From positions 62,001 through 126,000 of the IMG/VR virus record IMGVR_UViG_3300045974_000132: a stretch of 64,000 nt of DNA. One strand, 5' to 3'. Each line of letters begins with the position of its first letter. Position 1 is the first letter of the stretch. The position numbers and the translations under genes are program-made. The notes beneath the pieces are model-generated. The model made no database searches. It was not told where the DNA came from and saw nothing but the letters and a program-made list of their open reading frames with translations. This document shows positions 19,016 through 28,770 of this stretch, piece after piece.

Positions 19016-21069
19016 GATAGATTTGCCATTAAACGATTGGAATAAGATTTAGCTTCATCAATTGACGAAGCGGCAGAGCTACCTGAGGTGGGACTCAACG
19101 CAGTAGGTGACAACCAACTCGGGGAACCGTTGTAGTCTTTACTAAGCCCACTATTAACTACCCCTAGCAGATTAACATCTGACATTGAAGGTGTCTTCAA
19201 CCCTTGTTGCAGATTTACAGAAAACTGCGGAGTGCTATTGCTGAAAGAAGAAGGAGCCGTTACACCTCGTAGAGTACCAAGAGTCTTATTCCATTGACTA
19301 TTAGTTCCACCTGTCAATGTTGCAATATCACTAGCAGTACCTGACAAAGTGCTGTGCAGGATTGAGTAGTCACCGGAAGCTTTAACTACGTCAGCAGGCA
19401 TAATACCTAAAGTGCTTTGCATAGCAGAGCAGACAGCTTGCATGGGCATTGCTACAGCATACTGATTAACTAAGCTAGTTGTAATGCCGTTAGTCTGAGA
19501 TATTAAGGATGACTTAACACCGCTTGCTTGTCCTACTAAAGAGGACAGTAATCCACCGTTAGCGTTACTAACGAAGGAGAATACCGACTTCATATCTACA
19601 GCCGAAGCAGCTAGGATACGCGCATCTTGCAGCATACCAGTAATCGTAGAAGGTGAAGCAAGCCCATTAGAAACAAGTGACTTAACTCCGTCTAAGCGCC
19701 CCGCAATTCCAACAAGAGGACTTGCAATAGAGTTCTTCAGTCCGTCAAGCATCGAATTGCCGGTAGATACACCCGATACCAAACCTGACAAAGATGTAGC
19801 GTTGGCTCTATTAGCAGCAGCTAAGACGCCTGTGCTACCCGCGTTGACCGTAACATCAGGTATCATTGACCGCTCACTAGCGAAGTTACCTGGTTTCTCT
19901 AAAGAAGTGCTACCTGACATAGTTAAACTCATCCTTGCAAGTTCAATGCGTTCTGCGTAATGGACACCACCAGATATTGCATAGGTCTTACCTAAAACAA
20001 TATAGATGTCCGTGTTCTTAACAGGCTGTCGAAGGTCTGCATCTTCCTGACGATAGATAATAACATCATAAAGCTGAACTTCCGTAACACTGTCCATCAA
20101 TAAGGACATCTTCTCTGTGAACAGAGCATTCAGTTTTGTATTTTGGTATTGAGCAACCTCATAATTGTTATGAACGTTGCCGCAGTCTAAAGGGGCGTAC
20201 TCAATTCGGGAACGATCAATTTGTCCAGATACTGAACTATTGATAGGTAGATAGCTACCCGGCATTTTAACAGCTAGTTCCTTATGAGCATCTACATCGC
20301 CAGTCAACTTATTCTGAACGCGAGTGCTGCCATAGTTCTGCCAGGATGTCATCACACCCGCACTGCTACGGTCACGTGCTTCCTTAACAAAGTACAACTT
20401 ACGATTGTTATCGGTTGAACTAAGCGGAGCACTGTGCATAAACACATACTGAATTTTATCAATAGGTGTGTTAATAAGAGCTATCAAATCCCTATAGCGT
20501 AGTTCTCCGTATGACGTAACAGAAGCTGACATACCGCTATGAGGATCAATCCAACCGTGCTTTACAACGTCTTGCGCAAAGGTAGCTCGATTACGACAAA
20601 CATTCAACCATGTCTGAGAGTCATTAGGTGTACGTCCATCTAACGAAGACTGCCCAGAGAAGGTCAAACCGCACTTGGTTGCAAGTTGATTTAAGACAGT
20701 TTCAGAGCTACCCTTGTAGGACTCAATGGAACTTTTTGATATGTACTTAGGTGAATTCACTATGCACACAATGTCCATCGTAGGATTGAAAGCTTGATTC
20801 CCTCGACTGACACTGAACACTCTATACTTTCTAGGGCGAACAGTATTATCTTTATGCGAACGCGCAAGTGAAATCTCTACCTCATTACCTTCAGTTATAG
20901 CAGACTTAGGTGAAGAGAAGAGGCTGAGAGGATCAGAAATAGAAATCTTTAGCGCAGGTATTAGCGCACCGTTACCCTCAGTACCTATGATTGAAATTAA
21001 ACCTGCGTATTCTACTTCTGTACCGTCAATCTTTAACGATACAAATACTTTATCTTGGATATTTAGCAT
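19012..21069 (-). CDS. putative baseplate hub protein with Ser/Gly/Ala-rich C-terminal extension
   Basis: Position just upstream of the spike gene (ATGA overlap); size and beta-rich N-terminal part. Confidence 0.55.
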   Translation of the reverse strand: MLNIQDKVFVSLKIDGTEVEYAGLISIIGTEGNGALIPALKISISDPLSLFSSPKSAITEGNEVEISLARSHKDNTVRPRKYRVFSVSRGNQAFNPTMDIVCIVNSPKYISKSSIESYKGSSETVLNQLATKCGLTFSGQSSLDGRTPNDSQTWLNVCRNRATFAQDVVKHGWIDPHSGMSASVTSYGELRYRDLIALINTPIDKIQYVFMHSAPLSSTDNNRKLYFVKEARDRSSAGVMTSWQNYGSTRVQNKLTGDVDAHKELAVKMPGSYLPINSSVSGQIDRSRIEYAPLDCGNVHNNYEVAQYQNTKLNALFTEKMSLLMDSVTEVQLYDVIIYRQEDADLRQPVKNTDIYIVLGKTYAISGGVHYAERIELARMSLTMSGSTSLEKPGNFASERSMIPDVTVNAGSTGVLAAANRANATSLSGLVSGVSTGNSMLDGLKNSIASPLVGIAGRLDGVKSLVSNGLASPSTITGMLQDARILAASAVDMKSVFSFVSNANGGLLSSLVGQASGVKSSLISQTNGITTSLVNQYAVAMPMQAVCSAMQSTLGIMPADVVKASGDYSILHSTLSGTASDIATLTGGTNSQWNKTLGTLRGVTAPSSFSNSTPQFSVNLQQGLKTPSMSDVNLLGVVNSGLSKDYNGSPSWLSPTALSPTSGSSAASSIDEAKSYSNRLMANLS

Positions 21070-21092
21070 GGTTTAAATCCTAAAGACTGCGC

Positions 21093-21443
21093 CTAAATAA
21101 TAGCTATGTTGGAGCCACTAGGCTGTGCGATCAACACATCATTGGTTACAGCAATGATACTACCTAGAGTAGGCATACGTAGTGTCATGCCCTCAGTAAT
21201 ATCTCTGAAGCGACATATGCCGTTGTACGTCATTATGTGCCACCAGTAATCTTCAACTCCGTACTCACGCAAGGAGATTAAATCAGGCGCACCCCGTTCA
21301 TCTTGCACAACAGGGTGATTTGAATAAGTAGTGATCTGTAGAAGCTTAGGTACTATCTTATCTAGAAGAGGATCAATACCGTACTTATCAATAGTGACGG
21401 CATAAACCCGGAAGAAGCGATTATTGAAATCGACGGCGTACAT
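21093..21443 (-). CDS. T4 gp53-like / LysM-like baseplate protein
   Basis: ERGAPDLISLREYG..YWWHIMTYNGI...EGMTLRMP. Confidence 0.75.
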   Translation of the reverse strand: MYAVDFNNRFFRVYAVTIDKYGIDPLLDKIVPKLLQITTYSNHPVVQDERGAPDLISLREYGVEDYWWHIMTYNGICRFRDITEGMTLRMPTLGSIIAVTNDVLIAQPSGSNIAII

Positions 21444-21461
21444 AAAATCCCTTCTTTTAAG

Positions 21462-21474
21462 AAATTAGTAATTT
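21462..21474. promoter_or_regulatory. back-to-back TAATTT elements serving divergent genes
   Basis: AAATTA at 21462-21467 (minus, towards 21443) and TAATTT at 21469-21474 (plus, towards 21507). Confidence 0.5.
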
Positions 21475-21506
21475 TATAGAGTATACGCAACTAAAGGAAC
21501 TAAAAA

Positions 21507-22448
21507 ATGGCTTACACTATAAAAGACTTTATAAAAGCTTCCAAGGAAAAGCACGGTAATACCTATGTATATACTACCGTTGTATATGAAAATGCTCATG
21601 CTGATGTGGTAATAAAATGTAGGAAGCACGGAGAATTTAAACAAAAGCCTATGGTACATCTACGAGGAGCTGGCTGCCCGGTGTGCGCTCAAGATAGACG
21701 GAATAAAACACGTACTTTAAGCTCAGAAGAATTTATAAAAAGAGCAAAACAAAAGCACGGTCGTAAATTTGACTATTCAAAAGTAGAATATAAAAACTCT
21801 ACCACAAGAATTACTGTAGGCTGTAAAAAGCACGGAGACTTTACGATTTCACCTAATGGGCACATGAACGGCTACGGTTGTACGAAATGTTGTTACGAAG
21901 GTAGAGCAGAGCGAAGACTAAGTAACAGGGAGGAGTTCCTCAAAAAAGCGAAAGAAGTACACGGCTCAAAGTATTCTTATAAAAAATCAGAGTATACCAA
22001 AGCTTCTGTTAATATTATTATTACCTGTAAAGAGCATGGTGATTTTTTACAAACCCCTAACAATCATTTAAGTGGTAAAGGGTGCTCTGATTGCACTGTC
22101 TGTGTAAACTTTTCAAATATAGCAATAGAATGGATTGAAAAGGAGGCAAAACGTCGTCGCTTGAAAAGTGTACAACATGCTTTAAAGGGAGGTGAATTTC
22201 GTATACCTGGAACACGCCTTCGAGTAGACGGTTTCCATGCCCGCTCTAACACAATCTTTGAATTTTACGGAGACTGTTTTCACGGCAACCCAACTGTTTA
22301 TAAGCCTAGGTCTTATCCAAATCCTTTAAATAAGAAACTTACTGCAAAACAGTTATACACGAAAACCATGGAACGCGAATACTTACTAAAGTCCTTAGGC
22401 TACAACGTAGTATCCATGTGGGAGTACGACTACCGAAATTCAAAGTAA
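21507..22448 (+). mobile_element. free-standing homing endonuclease-like gene (DUF723-type C..HG.F repeats plus Vsr/PD-(D/E)XK-like nuclease)
   Basis: Three C..HG.F...P..H..G.GC..C repeats; VDGF...EFYGDCFHG...GYNVVSMWE; the only credible plus-strand gene; AT-rich. Confidence 0.8.
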
Positions 22449-22463
22449 GCCATAATCCACCTC

Positions 22464-23192
22464 TTATTTGTTTAGGAACATGCTATCAATATCGGTTGTA
22501 GTAAAGCATGTGAAGTAACTCTTAATATCAACAGTTGCTTTTGCTTTATGTGGGATACCTGTTGAGCCAAATAAGCTGTCAAACTGAACATCAACCCGCT
22601 CGATAATGCAGTTATCGAGCCTTAGAAAATTACCAATCTTTAAGATGATACGCTTACTGTCCATTGCTTGATTTATAAGCGTTGGCCCAGGGGCTTTAAG
22701 AGTTACTGCACTCAAAACATTACCGGCCTTCTCTCCTAAGATTTCTTTCACACCTCCACCACCTAAGCTAGGAGCAACAAGCTTCAATAACTTTTGAATC
22801 TTGTCCTGTACTTCTTTCTTAGGATCACGTTGAGCAATAAACGTGAAAGGTATCTGAAAGCCAATAGGGTCTGAAGACTGCCATACTTGAGCAGATGTAG
22901 CGCGGCTCTTAACTGAGATACCTGCTGCTTTCATGCCCTGTTGTGCAATTGAAGATACTGCTCCGTTACCCATAGCCTCTTGTAGAACATTAGCAAAAGG
23001 AGCATCCCACTGCGCCCCTAAACTAATGCTAAAAGATTCATCAATGGATGTCGCTACAGAGAAGTTTTCTTCTGGGTTGGAGTCACCGCGAACTTCTAAG
23101 GTGACTATATAGTTTTCATGCAAACCCCATGAAGCTATATATTCTGTAGCAGCAGGTGGGGATGCTGTTCCTTTACCACTAATGACAGCCAT
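22464..23192 (-). CDS. putative tail tube initiator / baseplate protein (gp48/gp54-like)
   Basis: QVWQSSDPIGFQIPFTF...LKIGNFL...CIIERVDVQF...P.KAKATV; position after the tape measure. Confidence 0.55.
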   Translation of the reverse strand: MAVISGKGTASPPAATEYIASWGLHENYIVTLEVRGDSNPEENFSVATSIDESFSISLGAQWDAPFANVLQEAMGNGAVSSIAQQGMKAAGISVKSRATSAQVWQSSDPIGFQIPFTFIAQRDPKKEVQDKIQKLLKLVAPSLGGGGVKEILGEKAGNVLSAVTLKAPGPTLINQAMDSKRIILKIGNFLRLDNCIIERVDVQFDSLFGSTGIPHKAKATVDIKSYFTCFTTTDIDSMFLNK

Positions 23193-23207
23193 GATGTTTT
23201 CCTAAGA

Positions 23208-25607
23208 TTAGATGTGTCCAATATTCAATAGAACAAGACCCATATCAGTAAGTTGTAACGGTAGTGAATCTAAAGTAGGCACTGTGCTAGAGCCACCTTG
23301 AGACGGAGTTTTATCTGCTTCAGAAACAGTAGGAGCATCAGGCTTGAGTTGCTCTGCATTAGCTACCTTAACAGGCTTAGCTTCTTCAGGAGCAGACTTA
23401 TCTACCATGCGGGGAGATTCTTTCTTCACCGACATTATCGAAGCATCTGTCTTAGCAATAGCAGCTTGCTTCTTACTGACTTCAATATGGTTGGCTTCAT
23501 TAGCAAGCCTCATATCTTCATCAGTAGCAGGAGTAGGTTTAGCACCTGACTTAACTACCTTGTCAGATACATTGTCTGTTTTAGATACGGGCTTTTGCTT
23601 AGTCGCATCGGTATCTGCTTTAGCAACTTGCGTCTTACCTGTTTCAGGCTGACCTACTGCCTTAGCAACTTGCGTCTTACCTGTTTCAGGCTGACCTACT
23701 GCCTTAGCATCCTTAGTTGCATCCTTGTCAGTTACTCCGTGCTGGGCACTTACAGCAACCTTCATCTGGTCTTTAGTAATATCTTTACCAGACGCATCTG
23801 TATAAGCAGTCTTACCTTCTTTGAAGCCTTCTTGCTGCTTCATTGCTGCTAATACCTTTTGACGCTGATCCGGCGTCAAGTCACTCATTTTAGTCTTACC
23901 GTCTACACCAGCAGCTTCACGAACTTTCTTCTGATAGGCAGCCGTGTCATTCTCAGTAGAAGGAGCATACCTAGAGATTGCATCATCAATCGACTTGTCT
24001 TTGTAGTTCTTGCTTTCAAATAGCAAGCTCTCTTTAGCCTTCGCACCAGACTGTTGATCTGGAAATATAGCAAAGCCGTCTTTGTCTTGACCGATAGCCC
24101 CTTTAGACTTAGCATAGTCTCCATAACGCATGTTGCCTTCGTTATTGTTACGCCAAGCACGAGAACCACCTTCTCTAGTTTCAGTATTACCTGCGTCGTC
24201 TTTAAACTGACGTTGGTTGCCGACACCTACAGCACTCTTTATAGCGCCTGCAATGCCACCTTCTTTGTAGCCTTGCTTAACATCTTCTACTTTATTACCT
24301 ACCGCAGTACCCACAGAGCCGACAGCAGACTTGGCTCCTTGAAAGATTGCACCGGCCCCTGCTTTGAAGTTATCGCCAAAGTCTGAGAAGGTCTTACTCA
24401 ACCCGGTAAGCATACTAACAGTGTTGGTTTCAAAGTTATCAGTAAACTTACCGAAGTTGTCTGTTACTGACTTGAAGCCTGGGATTACACTGTTCTTAAA
24501 GCCTGCTGCAATGCTGCCGCCCATATCTGAAACAGAAGTCATTGCCTTAGAAGTATTATCTACTGCACCGTGATATAGACTAGAGGCTCCTCTTTGAACA
24601 GCATCTACACCGTCGTATATATCGCCACCTAAAGAGCCGCTGCCTCCAAGTGCTGTAGAAGTAGCATTGATACCGTTGTTTATCTTATCACCAGCATACA
24701 TACCCCAACGCATAGGTGAGATCATATCCCAGCCCGACGGCATTTCTGTTTGCTTCTTACCGTCTAGCAAATCAGATACACCGCTACCTACGTCAAGGGC
24801 TGCACCTAAAGGAGCTGCTACTTTACCTAATAGATTGCCACCTGCTTTAACTACAGCAGGCATCTTACCGAATAAGCCCTTTAAAGCGCCACCTGCTTTA
24901 CCTGCAATGTTACCTGCGCCTTCAGCGATAGACTCTCCTGCACCACCTACTTTACCCTTGACAGCATCCCACCAAGAGCCACCGCCACCTACGCTGGGTA
25001 CGCGTGCTTGACCCATAGCTTTACCCATGCGCCCCGCCTTACCCATCTTACCTTTGCCACCCTTTCCGCCTTTACCACCCTTGCGGTTATCCCACTTCTC
25101 TTTACCCCAATCCCAAACGTCTTTTATATCGTCTATGATTGAACCTCCTCCACCTTCTTTACTAGGCTTGTCTTTCCAACCCATACTACGAGCAGCATTC
25201 TTTGCTTCTGCATCGCGCTTACTGTGGGTGCCATCGGGCTTTAAGTAGTGGGCAATTTCATCGAGCTTACTACCCAGCGTATCTACTAGAGCTTTATTAA
25301 GATCCCGTAGGTCGTTTGAAATAGTTTTCGTTTGGCTATTCTGATTAGCTGCAAATTCATGGAAGACTGCAATCTGTTCCTTAGAGAACTTACCGTAAAC
25401 TGCATCCTTCTGAGTATCTGTAGCTGTTTTAGAACCAATACTACCTAGTATCTGGGTGCTAGTCTTCCGATTAGCTTCCGTGCTGTTAGCAACTAGTTTA
25501 ATATTGGAGTTCAAGGAAGCCAAGAGTTCGGCTGTTTCAGTGCTATCTTCTGCACTGTTAACCTCTTCCCTACGCTTTTCCAGATAGTCTCTTAGAAAGT
25601 TACTCAT
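23208..25607 (-). CDS. tape-measure-like protein with lysozyme-like muralytic domain
   Basis: Gly/Ala/Lys-rich helical region; RAWRNNNEGNMR...GFAIFPD...YAPSTENDTAAY...MKQQEG; follows the tail chaperone. Confidence 0.7.
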   Translation of the reverse strand: MSNFLRDYLEKRREEVNSAEDSTETAELLASLNSNIKLVANSTEANRKTSTQILGSIGSKTATDTQKDAVYGKFSKEQIAVFHEFAANQNSQTKTISNDLRDLNKALVDTLGSKLDEIAHYLKPDGTHSKRDAEAKNAARSMGWKDKPSKEGGGGSIIDDIKDVWDWGKEKWDNRKGGKGGKGGKGKMGKAGRMGKAMGQARVPSVGGGGSWWDAVKGKVGGAGESIAEGAGNIAGKAGGALKGLFGKMPAVVKAGGNLLGKVAAPLGAALDVGSGVSDLLDGKKQTEMPSGWDMISPMRWGMYAGDKINNGINATSTALGGSGSLGGDIYDGVDAVQRGASSLYHGAVDNTSKAMTSVSDMGGSIAAGFKNSVIPGFKSVTDNFGKFTDNFETNTVSMLTGLSKTFSDFGDNFKAGAGAIFQGAKSAVGSVGTAVGNKVEDVKQGYKEGGIAGAIKSAVGVGNQRQFKDDAGNTETREGGSRAWRNNNEGNMRYGDYAKSKGAIGQDKDGFAIFPDQQSGAKAKESLLFESKNYKDKSIDDAISRYAPSTENDTAAYQKKVREAAGVDGKTKMSDLTPDQRQKVLAAMKQQEGFKEGKTAYTDASGKDITKDQMKVAVSAQHGVTDKDATKDAKAVGQPETGKTQVAKAVGQPETGKTQVAKADTDATKQKPVSKTDNVSDKVVKSGAKPTPATDEDMRLANEANHIEVSKKQAAIAKTDASIMSVKKESPRMVDKSAPEEAKPVKVANAEQLKPDAPTVSEADKTPSQGGSSTVPTLDSLPLQLTDMGLVLLNIGHI
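23620..23709. repeat. perfect 42-bp tandem duplication (2.1 copies), in frame
   Basis: TTAGCAACTTGCGTCTTACCTGTTTCAGGCTGACCTACTGCC x2; encodes AKAVGQPETGKTQV twice. Confidence 0.95.
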
Positions 25608-25674
25608 GGTGTTCCACCTTTGAACAAACTCTTAGTCATTCGGACTAACATAAGGGCTACGGGTGTCCATACCG

Positions 25675-25865
25675 TTACCTCCCTCCAACCCGTATAGTTC
25701 GCAGATTCGTATTTGCATTACGAGCATCTTCACGATCTTTACGGTACTTGGAGTAGAAGTAGAGGAGGGTCATACTAGAAACATCATCAACAGGTTGGAG
25801 ACCTCTGTGCTTCAAAAGGTCGTACTGCATATCTAGTATGTCCCCCTCAGTCACTATTGAAAAAA
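25675..25865 (-). CDS. -1 frame extension of the tail assembly chaperone (or small gp51-like protein)
   Basis: Frame open across the T6 run at 25860-25865: FSIVTEGDILDMQYDLLKH...; directly precedes the tape measure. Confidence 0.6.
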
Positions 25866-26642
25866 CGTGAGAGCGTTGAGCTTGAGTGTTTGGGTATGCT
25901 CGACTCGGCACTTACGGCAATTAAAGGTAACAGTCTCATTAATGCCGTGCACAACTTCCCGATTGATCTTTAGCGCCTTAGCGATTAAGTTCATGCCGCG
26001 ATCAGACTCAGCCGTTGCAATCTTTTCTGCCCAAGTACTACCCTGCAACCACTGAATAGCAGGTGCAAGCATACACAAATCGGCATCCAGCAAAGACGCA
26101 TTGAGATTAACAAGGATGTTAACGCGAGGATAGTCTAAGTCAGGATCAAGTTCAAACTCTTCATCCAAGCACAGAACATCAATAGTAGGAATCTGTACAA
26201 CGCTAGTGTTGTGCGTATCACAGGATTCAACATCGTAATCTTTGGTAAGCATTTCCGCATTAGGCCAATTCTCTTCTGTGTATAGAAGAGCCTTGTTAGT
26301 TTCTTTATGCGTGAAGTACGGCTGATTGCAATACCATTCAAGGATGTACGGACTGTCGGGCATCGAATAGATACGCAACCACAGTAGTACATAGTAGAAG
26401 TCACCGATTGTAAGATCGTAAACGTCATGGCTGATACACAGATCAACAGCACGAATCAAAGGATCAAGGTCGTTTAATTGTGCTGATTTTGACAAAAGGC
26501 GCATTTCATTAAGGCGAAAGGGTCGAATGAACAGTTTATCCATTCGACCCTTATAAGGATGACCTTGAGAAGGTAGCGTACCTACATCGTGGTAGGCAGA
26601 ATCTTTAGAAATCTGCTCAAATTGTGCAGCATCGCATTTCAT
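25854..26642 (-). CDS. tail/baseplate-hub assembly chaperone (T4 gp26-like)
   Basis: LPSQG, FIRPF, LTIGDFYYVLLWLRIYS, YP, C..C, ends TFFQ. Confidence 0.75.
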   Translation of the reverse strand: MKCDAAQFEQISKDSAYHDVGTLPSQGHPYKGRMDKLFIRPFRLNEMRLLSKSAQLNDLDPLIRAVDLCISHDVYDLTIGDFYYVLLWLRIYSMPDSPYILEWYCNQPYFTHKETNKALLYTEENWPNAEMLTKDYDVESCDTHNTSVVQIPTIDVLCLDEEFELDPDLDYPRVNILVNLNASLLDADLCMLAPAIQWLQGSTWAEKIATAESDRGMNLIAKALKINREVVHGINETVTFNCRKCRVEHTQTLKLNALTFFQ

Positions 26643-26669
26643 GTTGTATTCCTTTGTGTAAAATTTTAA

Positions 26670-27230
26670 TTAACTCTTTGGATTCTTAGGCCAATCGCCT
26701 GCTTTAGGATAGTTCTTTAAAACAATAGACATGCTATCCACGCTGAAGGTTTGAGCAAGTGTAATACGACTGCTACCTTCTTGATCTAATGTTATGTTGT
26801 TTGTATCAGCAGGCCAACAACCTGCAAAAGTTATAGTAGCTAGTGCGACACCCTTAGAGTCATTTAATAAAACAACCCAATCTTTCTTAAATCCATTAGC
26901 ACCTGCTGGTAGCCCATATAGACCTGTACTGAAGTCTTTAACTTGTTGCTTCCAATCCCACAAGTACGCTAGAGCGCGCCCTTCACTGTCACCGTAGAAC
27001 GTAACAGAGAATGCAGAAGTATCATGAAACTCCGGAAAGTAGTTATAGCCTCCGCCAAAGAATACACCTGTCGTCTTAACATTACTGAATGGGACATCAA
27101 ATGATTCAATATAAGAGGCTGGATTGTTTCCGAAATAAACATCACCACCTGGGACTGTTTTAACTTCCCACTGAAACGTAAGCATCGGATCAGGCCTAGC
27201 TAAAGCTTGTTGCAGTTGAGTTCTAGCCAT
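26670..27230 (-). CDS. tail tube-like protein (second paralogue)
   Basis: FSVTFY...WDW...GCWP...ITL...TFSVD gp19-type pattern. Confidence 0.65.
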   Translation of the reverse strand: MARTQLQQALARPDPMLTFQWEVKTVPGGDVYFGNNPASYIESFDVPFSNVKTTGVFFGGGYNYFPEFHDTSAFSVTFYGDSEGRALAYLWDWKQQVKDFSTGLYGLPAGANGFKKDWVVLLNDSKGVALATITFAGCWPADTNNITLDQEGSSRITLAQTFSVDSMSIVLKNYPKAGDWPKNPKS

Positions 27231-27267
27231 ACACACCACCTAATCTCAGTTGTAATATAATACCTAG

Positions 27268-27302
27268 AAAGAGAAGAGTGGGTGTACGAAGTCCACTCTT
27301 CT
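27268..27302 (-). terminator. probable terminator hairpin after the tube gene
   Basis: AGAAGAGTGG/CCACTCTTCT 10-bp stem followed by CTTTCT. Confidence 0.55.
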
Positions 27303-27312
27303 ATTTACAGTA

Positions 27313-27870
27313 TTAAGCGGGTGTGTTAGCTGACAAAGAACCAGCAGCACTACCGCCTGTGCATTCATAGTAGTCATACTTGAAGGACACGCTGTGCGTA
27401 ATCAAACTTGCATTGCTACCGTCGAATGAAGTATCCGGCACATTGCTAGGCCAAACATTGACAATCTTGTAGATCAGAACTGCATCACCCTTGTTGTCAA
27501 AGATTGTAAGCTTTGCGTCACGCGCATAACCAGCTTTGAATTCGCCATGTTGGCTAATGTGGTTACGTGCAACTTCAGCCCAACGTTCAAGGCAGCGCAT
27601 GATGCCACCGCGAACGTTCTCAACAAACGTAACGGACATATCATGGCTGAATGTCAAGTTGCCTGCATACACAAGTGTATGCCCGAATACTTGAACTTGA
27701 ACTTCATTCAGAGTCATACCTGGCTTGGTAGCTTGTTGACAGTGAATCATCAACGGTTCACTATCCGCACCACCGGTAGGAACATCCGGAAATTCTAAAA
27801 CGAATTGGTCTGAGACCATAGGGTCTTTAATTACGGAAATGACCTTCCCGATTTGCGGCTTACCGGCCAT
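27313..27870 (-). CDS. tail tube protein (T4 gp19-like)
   Basis: CQQATKPG, YAGNLTFSHDMSVTFVE, NVWP, SVSFKYDY. Confidence 0.85.
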   Translation of the reverse strand: MAGKPQIGKVISVIKDPMVSDQFVLEFPDVPTGGADSEPLMIHCQQATKPGMTLNEVQVQVFGHTLVYAGNLTFSHDMSVTFVENVRGGIMRCLERWAEVARNHISQHGEFKAGYARDAKLTIFDNKGDAVLIYKIVNVWPSNVPDTSFDGSNASLITHSVSFKYDYYECTGGSAAGSLSANTPA

Positions 27871-27896
27871 AATTTACTCCTTCAAATTAAGTGATT

Positions 27897-28622
27897 TTAC
27901 TGAGAATACCAAGAATTAGTACCTTGAACTTTTCGTTTCTGCCAAGCTTTCTTACCTGCATCTGAAAGTGACTTAGAAATTCTAGCTTTGTCTTCATGCG
28001 TTAAATTAGACATATAAATTTTTCTGCCTTTAGACATACGCTTTTTTATCTTATCCAATTCAGTAGCAGATAGCGTATCAAAGGTAAATACCTTCTTACA
28101 CCTAGCAGCATAAGCTTTTGGATCTTGCCTTAAGCGTTCCCAGTAAGCAGCTTGGCCTGAACCTATTTTTGCACCCCTTGAAGACTTTTGCTCTTCATTA
28201 AAATTACGGTGCATACGTTTAGAGTTACGACTTATATTTTTCCTAACACGTTCTGAAGGAGAAACACCGGTCCAACCTGCATTAGCATTAAGTAGAACGC
28301 CCTCTTCTCTATCTATACGTCCAATCTTTTCAATAAAGAAAGCTTCCAACGTAAAAGCTTGCTTCTCAGTAATATCCGAACGCTTAATTATTGTGATGGG
28401 TTCAAAACCCTTTCTATAAATTTCTTTTATACGTTTGGCTTTTAGATTGGTGCTATTTTCAAGATGGGCTTTTGAACAATGTACAGTATGTCTACTCCCC
28501 TTACCCTTACCTATGTAGAAAGGTTCGTGGGAGAACTTCCAATGTCCGTATTGAAAGGGTCCAGGCTTTCTAGGATCTAGTAAAGCATAGACGTAATAAA
28601 TCTTATGTCTATCGTATTTCAT
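27897..28622 (-). mobile_element. GIY-YIG (LEM-3-like) homing endonuclease
   Basis: YYVYALLDPR...PFYIGKGKGSR...AFTLE...LLN, basic repeat-like C-terminus; inserted between sheath and tube. Confidence 0.85.
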
Positions 28623-28770
28623 TTCTACTCCAGTAAAGTAGTAGTGCTTGGCAACTATTTGTTGTTACTGGCAACAAATCAGCTGGCCGGCTTTTTCATT
28701 GCCAAGCACTTTGAACACAGTTATTTTCAGATACCTGGCTGGGGCTTCTCCACGGTATCTACTCCCTTGC

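Noticed and set aside
25608-25674. Short hairpins before the tape-measure gene (TTAGTC/GACTAA)
   Set aside because: Stems of 6 bp or fewer with no U-tract; not distinguishable from chance.
27897-28770. Group I intron hypothesis for the GIY-YIG gene and structured spacer
   Set aside because: Sheath and tube genes are each complete, and no P/Q/R/S core was recognised; treated as a free-standing element.
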